In this document: positions 8,123 through 16,839 of the stretch, piece by piece
How the letters are laid out: every line of letters starts with the position of its first letter
How positions within the stretch are numbered: the first letter of the stretch is position 1
From: an uncultured virus (IMG/VR IMGVR_UViG_3300043423_000026)
Lineage: Duplodnaviria > Heunggongvirae > Uroviricota > Caudoviricetes > Crassvirales
Direction: 5' to 3' (one strand)
IMG/VR virus record: IMGVR_UViG_3300043423_000026
Length of the DNA stretch: 64,000 nucleotides
Made by a program: the position numbers and the translations under genes
The notes under the pieces: generated by a model
The model's input: the letters and a program-made list of their open reading frames with translations, nothing else
Databases searched by the model: none
Told to the model about the DNA's origin: nothing

Positions 8123-8630
8123 CGGTTCGATTCCGCTCGTTGATTGAGGTTACGGTAAGCAGGCGACAAGGTTCGATTCCTTGCAATTAGTTGGTACTGC
8201 GGACAATCTGACAGCTTGGAAAGACAGCAAAGGTTAAACATTGAATACCTTTGTAAATACCTAATTAGGCGACTGAAGTTGCCTTCTAATAGGTGGGTAA
8301 GTTTTACATAAAGATACTATCAGTAATGGTAGATGTGTAGTCTCCTTGAGAAAGAGATGAGTGATGGTTCGGTAATGTGCAAGTCCCTACACAAATGAGT
8401 TCTCAGCAAGTAGTTAATGAAGAGTCCGACTGACTGATAATGGCTCATTTAGAAATAGATGGTAAGTGGTTTGAATCCACAATTTAACTACGTGACCCTA
8501 CTCTTATAGGCCTAATGCAGCCCGAAATGCAAGATAATAAGAAAGAGGGTGCTAAACAGTATGACCTTAAATAAACATTCAATTGTTTATTTAACAGTTA
8601 TAATAATCAGCTTCTGTAAAAAGTAGATTA
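8121..8630 (+). ncRNA. Large structured non-coding RNA, possibly GOLLD-like
   Basis: No long ORF; three T-loop hairpins, three GNRA-capped hairpins with G-U pairs, and long-range helices (8334-40/8387-93, 8410-17/8484-91). Confidence 0.65.
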
Positions 8631-8633
8631 AAT

Positions 8634-8760
8634 AGTCAGGTGGCGGAAGGCTCGGGATGTCTCGGGCGTGGTAACGCACATATAACGAGAGTTCTCGAGG
8701 CTCGACCATAAACAGAGTTATATGGTGGTATAAATACAGGTTCGAATCCTGTCCTGACTA
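8634..8760 (+). ncRNA. tRNA-like element with expanded D-loop and anticodon domain (no assignable anticodon)
   Basis: Acceptor AGTCAGG/CCTGACT-A; T-arm ACAGG-TTCGAAT-CCTGT; D-stem GCG/CGC with TGGTA; 127 nt long. Confidence 0.7.
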
Positions 8761-8836
8761 CAACACCAACTACGAACCTAGCCTTAGAGGTGAGGGTTGG
8801 TTCAAATAGACTAAGGCAAACTTAAAATTATTTACA

Positions 8837-9157
8837 ATGTCACAAGAACAAGAAAAAATTTTTGCAGATGGATTTATCTTCAAAAGAAACGAGAAAGCAC
8901 CTGAATTTGTAATCGGAAGATTATCAATGAAAGTTGATGAAGCGATTGCTTTTATCAAACAACACGACAAAAATGGTTGGGTTAACCTTGGGGTTAAACA
9001 AGCAAGAAGTGGAAACTTCTATGTGGAGTTAGATACGTTTGAAGCAAAGAATGATAGTGCGGTAGACAAGTACGAAGCAAAATCACCCAAGCCAAACACA
9101 CCAGCGCAACAAGTTCTAAGTGAGCAAGAGCCTGACGATTTGGATTTGCCCTTCTAA
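8837..9157 (+). CDS. Single-stranded DNA-binding protein-like
   Basis: Short beta-rich domain, Pro-rich linker, acidic tip DDLDLPF; between the recombination and primase genes. Confidence 0.65.
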   Translation: MSQEQEKIFADGFIFKRNEKAPEFVIGRLSMKVDEAIAFIKQHDKNGWVNLGVKQARSGNFYVELDTFEAKNDSAVDKYEAKSPKPNTPAQQVLSEQEPDDLDLPF

Positions 9158-9165
9158 AAATGAAT

Positions 9166-9191
9166 AGGGGAATTTAGGTTCCCCTTTTTTT
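9166..9191 (+). terminator. Intrinsic terminator
   Basis: AGGGGAA-TTTAGG-TTCCCCT followed by T6. Confidence 0.8.
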
Positions 9192-9201
9192 AGCTTTTTA
9201 C

Positions 9202-9370
9202 TATGTCGAAAATATTTTTCTCTACTATATATATATAATTTATATTATTATTATTATTTTTTTGAACATATTTGGTTTTTAAAATTAACATTTTCGACAG
9301 AAGTATTTATAATCAATTAGTTAAGTCTAAATAATCAACACAAAATCAACACAAAATCAACATAAGATGT
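9202..9370. other. Putative replication origin A
   Basis: 10-bp inverted repeat TGTCGAAAAT/ATTTTCGACA around an AT-rich (TA)n tract; IHF-like AATCAATTAGTTA (9311-23); three 11-bp-period AATCAACA repeats; abuts primase-helicase. Confidence 0.55.
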
Positions 9371-11760
9371 CGCACACAGTAACAATCTTCCAAAATATAC
9401 GTGATACGGACACTCCGTTCTTCAGGGATGTACACATTATCCTTGATAGAATAAAGGAGGGAGCCGGCACGACCAAGGAAATAGTTAAGCGTATCAGATT
9501 AGAGAAAGACAAGTCTGAGCGTAACGAGATTAAAAAACAATTACCGGCTATTTGCTTTAGCGGTAAGTTCACAAAAAGAGAAGACTCTTCTTTGACTGAA
9601 CATTCAGGACTTATATGTTTGGACTTTGATGGATACCAAAAACAAAAAGAGTTACTTCAAGATAAAGAGACTTTATCTAAAAACAAATATGTTTACTCTG
9701 TATTTATCTCTCCATCAGGTAATGGTTTAAAAGTATTAGTTAAAGTTCCTGCAGAACCTGACAACCATAAAAATTATTTCAATAGCCTTGAGAAACATTT
9801 CAATTCTCCTTATTTCGATAAGACAAGTAAGAACATAAGCAGAGTATGTTACGAGAGTTATGACCCTCTTATCTTTATAAACGAAAATTCTTCGATTTGG
9901 GACACGATTGAGGAGCCTGAGTACGTAGAGGTTAGTCGAACAAGAGATAAGGCCACAATCCCTATTACTGATGAAAACAAGATAGTAGAGATATTGGTAA
10001 AATGGTGGGAGAAGAAATACCCTATGCAATCAGGACAAAGAAACCAAAACGCTTATGTCCTTGCAATGGCCTTCAATGACTTTGGGATTAATAAAAGCCT
10101 CGCTTCGTATGTACTTAACCAATTTGCTTCTCAAGACTTTTCGTTGGCAGAAATAGCTACTACAATTGATTCAGCATACAAAAACACAACTAACTTTGGT
10201 ACTAAGTACTACGAGGATGAGGAACGCATAAATAACATAAAAGCAAAGCTAAGAAGAGGTGCTTCAAGGAAAGATATAATATATCAGCTTCAAGAGTCTA
10301 ACTTGGATGAGGATATTATTGAGTCGGTCCTGCATAAGATTGAAGAGGAAAATGCAAAAATGACATTTTGGACTAAGAATGATAAAGGGATTATAAAAAT
10401 AGTTCACGTTCTATTCAAACAGTTCTTGGAGGATAATGGATTCTATAAGTTTTGTCCTGAAGGTGGAAAGAACTATGTGTTTGTAAAGGTTACTAATAAC
10501 CTTATCGACCATACCTCAGAGAAAGAGATTAAAGACTTTGTTCTTGGATACCTACTTGACTTAGACGATATGTCAATTTACAATTACTTTGCAGACAACA
10601 CAAGATTCTTTAAGGAAGAGTTCTTATCTCTTTTATCGACTATAGAGATTTACTTCATTGCCGATACAAAAGATTCTTCATACTTGTACTACAAGAATTG
10701 CGCAGTTAAGATAACCAAGGATGCTATAACAACTATTGACTATTTAGATTTAGGTGGTTACGTTTGGAAAGACCACGTTATTGATAGAGTATTCAACATT
10801 GGGAAAGTTACTGATGCTTGTGACTTCAAGAAGTTTATATCTAATATCAATGGTTCAGATAGCAGTAGAGTAAAATCTATGGAGAGTACTCTTGGCTTCT
10901 TGATGCACGGATATAAGAACTTATCCTTTTGTCCGGCAGTCATTTTAAATGATGAGGTTATTAGTGATAACCCTGAAGGAGGAACAGGTAAGGGTTTACT
11001 TATGAGCGCATTGAGTAAGATGAAGAAGGTTGTCACTATTGATGGTAAGTCTTTTACTTTTGAGCGAAGCTTTGCTTATCAATTAGTATCGGCCGATACT
11101 CAGATACTTGTATTTGATGATGTTAAAAAGCATTTTGATTTTGAGAGATTGTTTTCTGTTGTTACAGAAGGGTTGACTCTTGAGAAGAAGAACAAAGATG
11201 CTATTAAGATTCCTTTCTCTAAGTCTCCGAAGATTGCAATAACGACTAACTATGCGATAAAAGGCTCAGGGAACTCATTTGCGAGACGAAAATGGGAATT
11301 AGAGCTCCATCAGTATTACAATAAAAACTTTACGCCACAGGACGAATTTGGTAAGCTATTGTTTGGAGATTGGAATGATGATGATTGGTTTCAGTTCGAC
11401 AACTATATGATTCAATGCTTAAAGAGTTATTTGTCAACAGGATTAGTTAAATCTAAATCAATAAATGAAAGTATAAGAAATCTATCTCAAGCAACTTCTC
11501 ACGAGTTTATAGAGTGGGTTGGATTGGTAGACAACGATGACAAGACAGCTACTATACCTACAAATGTTAGGGTATATAAAAATGAGTTATTCAATTCATT
11601 CATTGAGGACTATCCTTTCTACGGAGTTAAAGGCAAAGATGGATTGAGTAGAACTAAATTCTACAGATTTATAACTTTATACGCTAAGTTTAGAACAGAC
11701 TTGACTTACGATGAAGATAGAGACCATATTGGTCAATGGATAATGCTTAAAGAGATATAA
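9367..11760 (+). CDS. Primase-helicase (VirE-N/BT4734-like primase, PriCT-like domain, P-loop helicase)
   Basis: LPAICFSGKF..HSGLICLDFD, FISPSGNGLK, GQRN, Walker A GGTGKG, Walker B LVFDD. Confidence 0.85.
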   Translation: MSHTVTIFQNIRDTDTPFFRDVHIILDRIKEGAGTTKEIVKRIRLEKDKSERNEIKKQLPAICFSGKFTKREDSSLTEHSGLICLDFDGYQKQKELLQDKETLSKNKYVYSVFISPSGNGLKVLVKVPAEPDNHKNYFNSLEKHFNSPYFDKTSKNISRVCYESYDPLIFINENSSIWDTIEEPEYVEVSRTRDKATIPITDENKIVEILVKWWEKKYPMQSGQRNQNAYVLAMAFNDFGINKSLASYVLNQFASQDFSLAEIATTIDSAYKNTTNFGTKYYEDEERINNIKAKLRRGASRKDIIYQLQESNLDEDIIESVLHKIEEENAKMTFWTKNDKGIIKIVHVLFKQFLEDNGFYKFCPEGGKNYVFVKVTNNLIDHTSEKEIKDFVLGYLLDLDDMSIYNYFADNTRFFKEEFLSLLSTIEIYFIADTKDSSYLYYKNCAVKITKDAITTIDYLDLGGYVWKDHVIDRVFNIGKVTDACDFKKFISNINGSDSSRVKSMESTLGFLMHGYKNLSFCPAVILNDEVISDNPEGGTGKGLLMSALSKMKKVVTIDGKSFTFERSFAYQLVSADTQILVFDDVKKHFDFERLFSVVTEGLTLEKKNKDAIKIPFSKSPKIAITTNYAIKGSGNSFARRKWELELHQYYNKNFTPQDEFGKLLFGDWNDDDWFQFDNYMIQCLKSYLSTGLVKSKSINESIRNLSQATSHEFIEWVGLVDNDDKTATIPTNVRVYKNELFNSFIEDYPFYGVKGKDGLSRTKFYRFITLYAKFRTDLTYDEDRDHIGQWIMLKEI

Positions 11761-11762
11761 AA

Positions 11763-11972
11763 ATGAAACTAAAAGAAAAGTTTAAAAGTTTAAATACAAA
11801 TTTTGGTCGTGATACAAAATATTATCATCATAATTTAAAAAAATGCGAAAAAATAGCAGATGAATTTGCTATTGAGTTTGCGAAGTGGTCAGTAGCAAGA
11901 GCTATTGGATTAGATTCTTTTAAATTAAATAACGGAGAATTAGAAACATTTAAAAAAGATAAAGGATTATGA
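11763..11972 (+). CDS. Small phage protein ending KKDKGL
   Basis: ADEFAIEFAKW...FKKDKGL; paralogue of 3680-3976. Confidence 0.6.
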   Translation: MKLKEKFKSLNTNFGRDTKYYHHNLKKCEKIADEFAIEFAKWSVARAIGLDSFKLNNGELETFKKDKGL

Positions 11973-12196
11973 TTAATTATAAAAAAGAGTTTGTAAGGTA
12001 TCTTAAAAAATACCATACAGAAACATCTGCAAAACATTTAATAGTTACTTTAGAATCTGAAAAAAAATTTTTGGAAACAGATTTGAAAGCATATTTATTA
12101 GCAAGCGAGGATTACGAATATATGAAAGCTTTGATTGATAGAATATCAGAAGTAAATGAACAAATAAAAATTGTTAAAAAAGAAAAAGGATTATGA
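11969..12196 (+). CDS. Small coiled-coil protein ending KKEKGL
   Basis: ATGA overlaps at both ends; shares 3' DNA with 3680-3976. Confidence 0.55.
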   Translation: MINYKKEFVRYLKKYHTETSAKHLIVTLESEKKFLETDLKAYLLASEDYEYMKALIDRISEVNEQIKIVKKEKGL

Positions 12197-12402
12197 GTTT
12201 ACTTTACAAACCTTACGAAGAACAAACTACAACAATGGAAGTAAAAACATTTTCAAACGACACGTTAATAGTCGTTCATTTTTATAGAGATTGTGGAAAG
12301 TTTGGAACTGAAGAATCATTAACCTGTTTCACATTAACAGCAGATAGGCTTCTTCAGATATTGCAAGAACGAGAAGATATAACAGATGAAGAATTAAATT
12401 AA
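12193..12402 (+). CDS. Hypothetical protein
   Basis: ATGA-coupled ORF. Confidence 0.5.
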   Translation: MSLLYKPYEEQTTTMEVKTFSNDTLIVVHFYRDCGKFGTEESLTCFTLTADRLLQILQEREDITDEELN

Positions 12403-12408
12403 AAAACT

Positions 12409-12711
12409 ATGAAAAATTTTAAAGAATTAGAAACATTGGTAGAACAATGGGCAGAGCAAAAAGGAATATTAAAAAACGCTACTACATTTAGACAGGCAGA
12501 AAAAACCCACGAAGAAGTATTAGAACTACTACACGCAATAGATGAAGATGATAAGGTAGAAATAAAAGATGCTATTGGTGATATAATGGTAACTCTAATT
12601 ATACAGGCAAAGATGCAGGGAATGACTGTAGAAGAATGTTTAAACGCAGCTTATGATGTAATAAGCAAACGCACAGGTAAAATGGTTAATGGTCAATTTT
12701 TAAAAGATTAG
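12409..12711 (+). CDS. MazG-like NTP pyrophosphohydrolase
   Basis: EEVLEL..DAIGDIMVTLII..AYDVISKRTGKMVNGQF. Confidence 0.8.
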   Translation: MKNFKELETLVEQWAEQKGILKNATTFRQAEKTHEEVLELLHAIDEDDKVEIKDAIGDIMVTLIIQAKMQGMTVEECLNAAYDVISKRTGKMVNGQFLKD

Positions 12712-12713
12712 AT

Positions 12714-12959
12714 ATGACACCAAAAGAAAAAGCAAAAGAGTTATTTAATAAATATTTTTTATTAAACGAAAGTGCAAGTGATGAAAATGGCGTTTGGATA
12801 ATTTCAGCATTAAATAAAGGATTGACCAAAAAATGTGCCTTAATATCAGTTGATGAGATTATTAATGTTTGTTTGCCAAGTTCAGAATATGGTGGAGTAA
12901 TTACAGATAATACTGTTGAATATTGGAAAGAAGTTAAACAAGAAATAGATAAGTTATGA
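12714..12959 (+). CDS. MTPKEKA-family small protein
   Basis: Paralogue of 3973 and 13144. Confidence 0.7.
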   Translation: MTPKEKAKELFNKYFLLNESASDENGVWIISALNKGLTKKCALISVDEIINVCLPSSEYGGVITDNTVEYWKEVKQEIDKL

Positions 12960-13147
12960 AAATAAAAATAGAATGTATAATAGAAGTTGATGAGGACCTT
13001 TGGTACTCACACGCTGACAACGAAGAACACCAATGGTTCAAATCATTATTAGATAATGAGGAAGGTATGACTAATGTAAGACTATGGAGTAATGAAGTTG
13101 GAGACGAGATAGGAGTGACGTCTGATTTTAAATACGAAATACTATGA
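12956..13147 (+). CDS. Hypothetical acidic protein
   Basis: ATGA-coupled ORF. Confidence 0.55.
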   Translation: MKIKIECIIEVDEDLWYSHADNEEHQWFKSLLDNEEGMTNVRLWSNEVGDEIGVTSDFKYEIL

Positions 13148-13335
13148 CACCAAAAGAAAAAGCATTTGATTTATTTAGAGATATGGAGTTTGAAATTCCA
13201 TATACTCAAGACCCAACAGAGCCACAAAGTGATTATATTGCCAAACAATGTGCATTAATAGCGGTTAATGAGCTTATTAAAGAAACAGGTTCTAAGTATT
13301 GGTATGATGTTAAACAAGAAATAGAGAAGTTATGA
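13144..13335 (+). CDS. MTPKEKA-family small protein
   Basis: Paralogue of 3973 and 12714. Confidence 0.7.
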   Translation: MTPKEKAFDLFRDMEFEIPYTQDPTEPQSDYIAKQCALIAVNELIKETGSKYWYDVKQEIEKL

Positions 13336-13424
13336 CAAAGAAAGAAAAATTTTTTATAGAAGCGGTAGCGTGGCTATCAGTAATTGGAATTGTAGCATCA
13401 GTATTATTTTTAATATTTAATTAA
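13332..13424 (+). CDS. Small single-TM peptide (not in ORF track)
   Basis: MTKKEKFFIEAVAWLSVIGIVASVLFLIFN*. Confidence 0.4.
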   Translation: MTKKEKFFIEAVAWLSVIGIVASVLFLIFN

Positions 13425-13426
13425 TT

Positions 13427-13555
13427 ATGTCAAAGTATTTTAAACCCTTAACAAGGATAAGAAAAGTAATGGAGTTCTACTACAAAAGAGGAGTGAACTC
13501 AGAGAGAGTAAATGAATTATATCGTAAAATTTTGAAAGATGAGCGATATAGCTAA
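13427..13555 (+). CDS. Hypothetical 42-aa protein (not in ORF track)
   Basis: MSKYFKPLTRIRKVMEFYYKRGVNSERVNELYRKILKDERYS*. Confidence 0.45.
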   Translation: MSKYFKPLTRIRKVMEFYYKRGVNSERVNELYRKILKDERYS

Positions 13556-13769
13556 ATGTAATGACACCCTTTGTCCTTCCAAGGATTTCTGTTATAGATT
13601 CACTGCTCCGGCAAATGAGTTTAGACAATCTTATGGTCAATTCAATAGAGAGTCAGACGCTTATAACTGTACTATGTTTTGGCATAATGGTATATGTAAA
13701 CATTGTCATCAAGAAAATGGAAACCACAAGATGAGTTGTCCAACACAAAAAACACAAATAAACTTATGA
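13539..13769 (+). CDS. Small Cys-rich phage protein
   Basis: DIAKC...CPSKDFCYRF...C..FW plus a CxxC..H..C tail. Confidence 0.6.
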   Translation: MSDIAKCNDTLCPSKDFCYRFTAPANEFRQSYGQFNRESDAYNCTMFWHNGICKHCHQENGNHKMSCPTQKTQINL

Positions 13770-14101
13770 AACAAAACCAAGCAGTTCACATAGGTATGAT
13801 AAATTCATACAATGTATTAATTAATAATGCAAGATTAGACCATATTTTCTTCTCAGGGATTGGTTTATTTGCTCACTCAATGGAAGAGAAAGACGCTTTG
13901 GAAAGTGTAGAGTTTATGATTAAATACTTTCAGGATGTAGAGATGTATGACAAGTGTGCTAAACTACAAGAGTATATTAAAAAAACCTTTAACGAGGATG
14001 GTTCTTACAAGCAAGAAGTTTGCTCTTGTGAGATGCCTGAAATAGAGAAGTATATTCCAATACCAAAATGCGAAATATGCAACCTGAAAATAATCAATTA
14101 A
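13766..14101 (+). CDS. Hypothetical protein with UVR-like helix and Zn ribbon (start trimmed to 13766)
   Basis: YFQDVEMYDKCAKL; C-terminal CSC..CEIC. Confidence 0.55.
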   Translation: MKQNQAVHIGMINSYNVLINNARLDHIFFSGIGLFAHSMEEKDALESVEFMIKYFQDVEMYDKCAKLQEYIKKTFNEDGSYKQEVCSCEMPEIEKYIPIPKCEICNLKIIN

Positions 14102-14496
14102 TAGAACGAAACTTAGGGTTTAGTAATTATGAGATGTGGCAGCAGTGTGAGATTCTAAAAAAAGTAGTATGCTCTACAATAGAATCTAAAGTAGGTAGGG
14201 GTAAAAATGTTAAGTTGGTACAAAGCTACAAACATAATACCCCTACTCTAACAAGAGAGAAAATAATTAATAGCTGTGAGCATTATAAATCATTACACGA
14301 AAAAGATATGATAAAAAGAGAAGTAGGAAGTCTTGAAGTAATTAAATATAGATTTGATTATATAAATGGAGACCCAAAAATAATAATTGATACAGTAAAA
14401 GTATTAGATAAAAATGGTGCATATATTAAGTTTGCAAAGCTTGAAGGTGTTATTGATTACCTATCTAAGTATCCAATAAAATTTAAGCAGTTATAA
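14068..14496 (+). CDS. Hypothetical protein (start uncertain)
   Basis: ORF track; fills the gap before the HNH gene. Confidence 0.5.
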   Translation: MRNMQPENNQLIERNLGFSNYEMWQQCEILKKVVCSTIESKVGRGKNVKLVQSYKHNTPTLTREKIINSCEHYKSLHEKDMIKREVGSLEVIKYRFDYINGDPKIIIDTVKVLDKNGAYIKFAKLEGVIDYLSKYPIKFKQL

Positions 14497-14497
14497 A

Positions 14498-15019
14498 ATG
14501 GAAGTACAAAAAATTATAGACCACGATTATATAAGATATACTTATATTAATGGATACAACAGGGCTTATAGAATTTATGAAGATGGTGAAGTTTGGTCTG
14601 TTAAATCAGGAAAATTTTTAAAGCAAGAAACTCTAAAAGGATATAAAAGAATTACTTTATCTACTAATGGTAAAACAAAAAGATTTCAAGTACATAGATT
14701 GGTTGCAATGTATTTCATTGAAAATCCGTTAAACAAGCCTTGTGTAAACCATATTGACGGAGATAAAGAAAATAATAATCTTAATAATTTAGAATGGTGC
14801 ACATATTCTGAAAATGAAAGACATTCTTATGGCGTATTAAATAAATTAAATACAAATAGAAAGTTATCGAAGCTAGATGTAATTGATATTAGAAAAAATT
14901 GTATAAAAGGAATTAATCATAATAATAGAGGTAATGTTTCAGATTTTATGGTTAAATATAAAGTAGTTAAAAAAACTATTTTAAATATTTTAAATAATAA
15001 ATATTATGTTCGAACTTAG
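14498..15019 (+). CDS. Free-standing HNH homing endonuclease
   Basis: VHRLVAMYFIENPLNKPCVNHIDGDKENNNLNNLEWCTYSENERHS. Confidence 0.85.
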   Translation: MEVQKIIDHDYIRYTYINGYNRAYRIYEDGEVWSVKSGKFLKQETLKGYKRITLSTNGKTKRFQVHRLVAMYFIENPLNKPCVNHIDGDKENNNLNNLEWCTYSENERHSYGVLNKLNTNRKLSKLDVIDIRKNCIKGINHNNRGNVSDFMVKYKVVKKTILNILNNKYYVRT

Positions 15020-16235
15020 AGATTATCAATTAGATATTATAACTAAAGGAACTGACATTATAAATAAATATGGGTTTGTTTATTTAGCTATGGAGGTTCG
15101 TTGCGGCAAGACCTTAACAAGTCTTGGAATAGCAGAAAAGATTTCAAGTCGTAACGTTTTGTTTTTAACAAAAAAGAAAGCGATTAGCAGTATCGAAAAG
15201 GATTACGAGATGTTGAGACCTTCTTATCATTTAACAGTTACTAATTACGAGAGTTTACATAAAGTAGAAAGAACAGATTGGGATTTGATTATTTGTGATG
15301 AAGCTCACTCAATGGGTGCGTTTGCTAAGCCAAGTAAAAGAGCTATTCAGGTGAAAGACTTAATAGCTAAGACAAAAGCTAATGTTATTTTGTTATCAGG
15401 AACACCTACTCCTGAGTCATATTCTCAGATGTATCACCAGGTTTATGGCATACCAAAAAATCCTTTTAAAGAATATAAAAATTTTTACAGATTTTGTGAT
15501 AAATTTGTAAAAGTTACAACGAAGATTATTAATGGACTTTCTATGAATGATTATTCGAAAGGATATGATACCATTATAGAGGAAATGAAACCATATACAA
15601 TCAATTATACTCAGGAAGAAGCAGGGTTTGTTGCTAAGATAACTGAGGAAGTTTTCGAGGTTGAACTAAAAGAATCAACCTATAAGTTGATTAAAAAGTT
15701 GACAAGAGATTTGATTGTAGAAGGTAAAGAAGAAGTAATCTTGGGAGATACTCCTGTTAAGTTGATGGGGAAATTACATCAGTTGCACTCAGGAACAATA
15801 AAATTTGAGAGTGGCAAGTCGATTGTATTAGATACTTCAAAAGCAGATTTCATTAAATCTCAATGGGAAGGTTGTCAGATAGCAATCTTCTATAAGTTCA
15901 AAGAAGAACTTGAGGCATTGAAGCAAGTATTTGGAAATGAACTAACAACTGATTTGGATGAGTTCAATAGTAGTTATAAAAACATAGCTTTGCAAATTGT
16001 ATCAGGACGAGAAGGAATATCTTTAAAGAAAGCTGAATACCTTGTATACTATAACATAGACTTTAGCGCTACAAGTTATTGGCAATCAAGAGATAGAATG
16101 ACAACTAAGGATAGACCTGAGAATGAAGTGTTTTGGATATTCTCTAAAGGAGGTATTGAACACGAGATTTATAAAGCAGTAACAAAGAAAAAAGATTATA
16201 CATTAGCACACTTTAAAAAAGATTTTTACTTATGA
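15006..16235 (+). CDS. SF2 (SNF2-like) helicase
   Basis: LRDYQ, MEVRCGKT, ICDEAH, LSGTP, GREGISL, QSRDR. Confidence 0.85.
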   Translation: MFELRDYQLDIITKGTDIINKYGFVYLAMEVRCGKTLTSLGIAEKISSRNVLFLTKKKAISSIEKDYEMLRPSYHLTVTNYESLHKVERTDWDLIICDEAHSMGAFAKPSKRAIQVKDLIAKTKANVILLSGTPTPESYSQMYHQVYGIPKNPFKEYKNFYRFCDKFVKVTTKIINGLSMNDYSKGYDTIIEEMKPYTINYTQEEAGFVAKITEEVFEVELKESTYKLIKKLTRDLIVEGKEEVILGDTPVKLMGKLHQLHSGTIKFESGKSIVLDTSKADFIKSQWEGCQIAIFYKFKEELEALKQVFGNELTTDLDEFNSSYKNIALQIVSGREGISLKKAEYLVYYNIDFSATSYWQSRDRMTTKDRPENEVFWIFSKGGIEHEIYKAVTKKKDYTLAHFKKDFYL

Positions 16236-16510
16236 AAAACAAATTAGCGGGTAAGCACCCATCTTATGACAAGTTAGGTATGTCAGAGGAAAGAAGAAAA
16301 AAGAAGTTAGCTTATGATACAAAGTATCAAGCAACAGAGAAGAGAAAGAACTACAGAGTAGAGCTTAACAAAGCCAACAGAGAGTCCGGTACTTATGGTA
16401 ATGGAGATGGTCTTGATATGAGTCATACCAAAACAGGAAGACTTGTAAAAGAACGTATGGCATCCAATAGAGGTAGAAATGGTCATAACGGTAAAAGCTC
16501 AAAGAAATGA
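16232..16510 (+). CDS. Small basic degenerate HNH-like protein
   Basis: GNGDGLDMSH...NRGRNG. Confidence 0.5.
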   Translation: MKNKLAGKHPSYDKLGMSEERRKKKLAYDTKYQATEKRKNYRVELNKANRESGTYGNGDGLDMSHTKTGRLVKERMASNRGRNGHNGKSSKK

Positions 16511-16839
16511 TTAAGTGTGTTTGCATAAATGATACAGATAGGCCATCAAAAATACCTCAGCATAAATGGCTAGAGAAAGGAAAAGAATATACGTTGGCCT
16601 TTACTATGACTGTACTTCCTCAAAAGAAGTTGGCTTTTCAAGTTCAAGAGATTGACCTCGATGATAGTTGCAGTCCATTCACGTGGTTCCTCGCAAACCG
16701 ATTTGCGTTCAGACAGGAAGACCTTGACAAATTAGCTGAGTTTATTCAAGAATGCAATCACATTACTTTTTCATTGAAAGAGTTGATGAAAGAAACCAAC
16801 ATAAATGAAAGAAAGTCAGATACAGTCGAAAAAAATTAA
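16507..16839 (+). CDS. Hypothetical protein
   Basis: CVCIND..P..IP..KW..G.EYT...RF; ATGA overlap. Confidence 0.6.
   Translation: MIKCVCINDTDRPSKIPQHKWLEKGKEYTLAFTMTVLPQKKLAFQVQEIDLDDSCSPFTWFLANRFAFRQEDLDKLAEFIQECNHITFSLKELMKETNINERKSDTVEKN

Noticed and set aside
8121..8200. Canonical tRNA genes at the two GGTTCGATTCC motifs
   Set aside because: T-arms are present but I could not build matching acceptor, D and anticodon arms; treated as part of the larger RNA.
8121..8830. Self-splicing intron or tmRNA
   Set aside because: Flanking genes are intact, not interrupted; I could not identify group I P7/group II domain V motifs or a tmRNA tag reading frame by eye. A covariance search is still needed.
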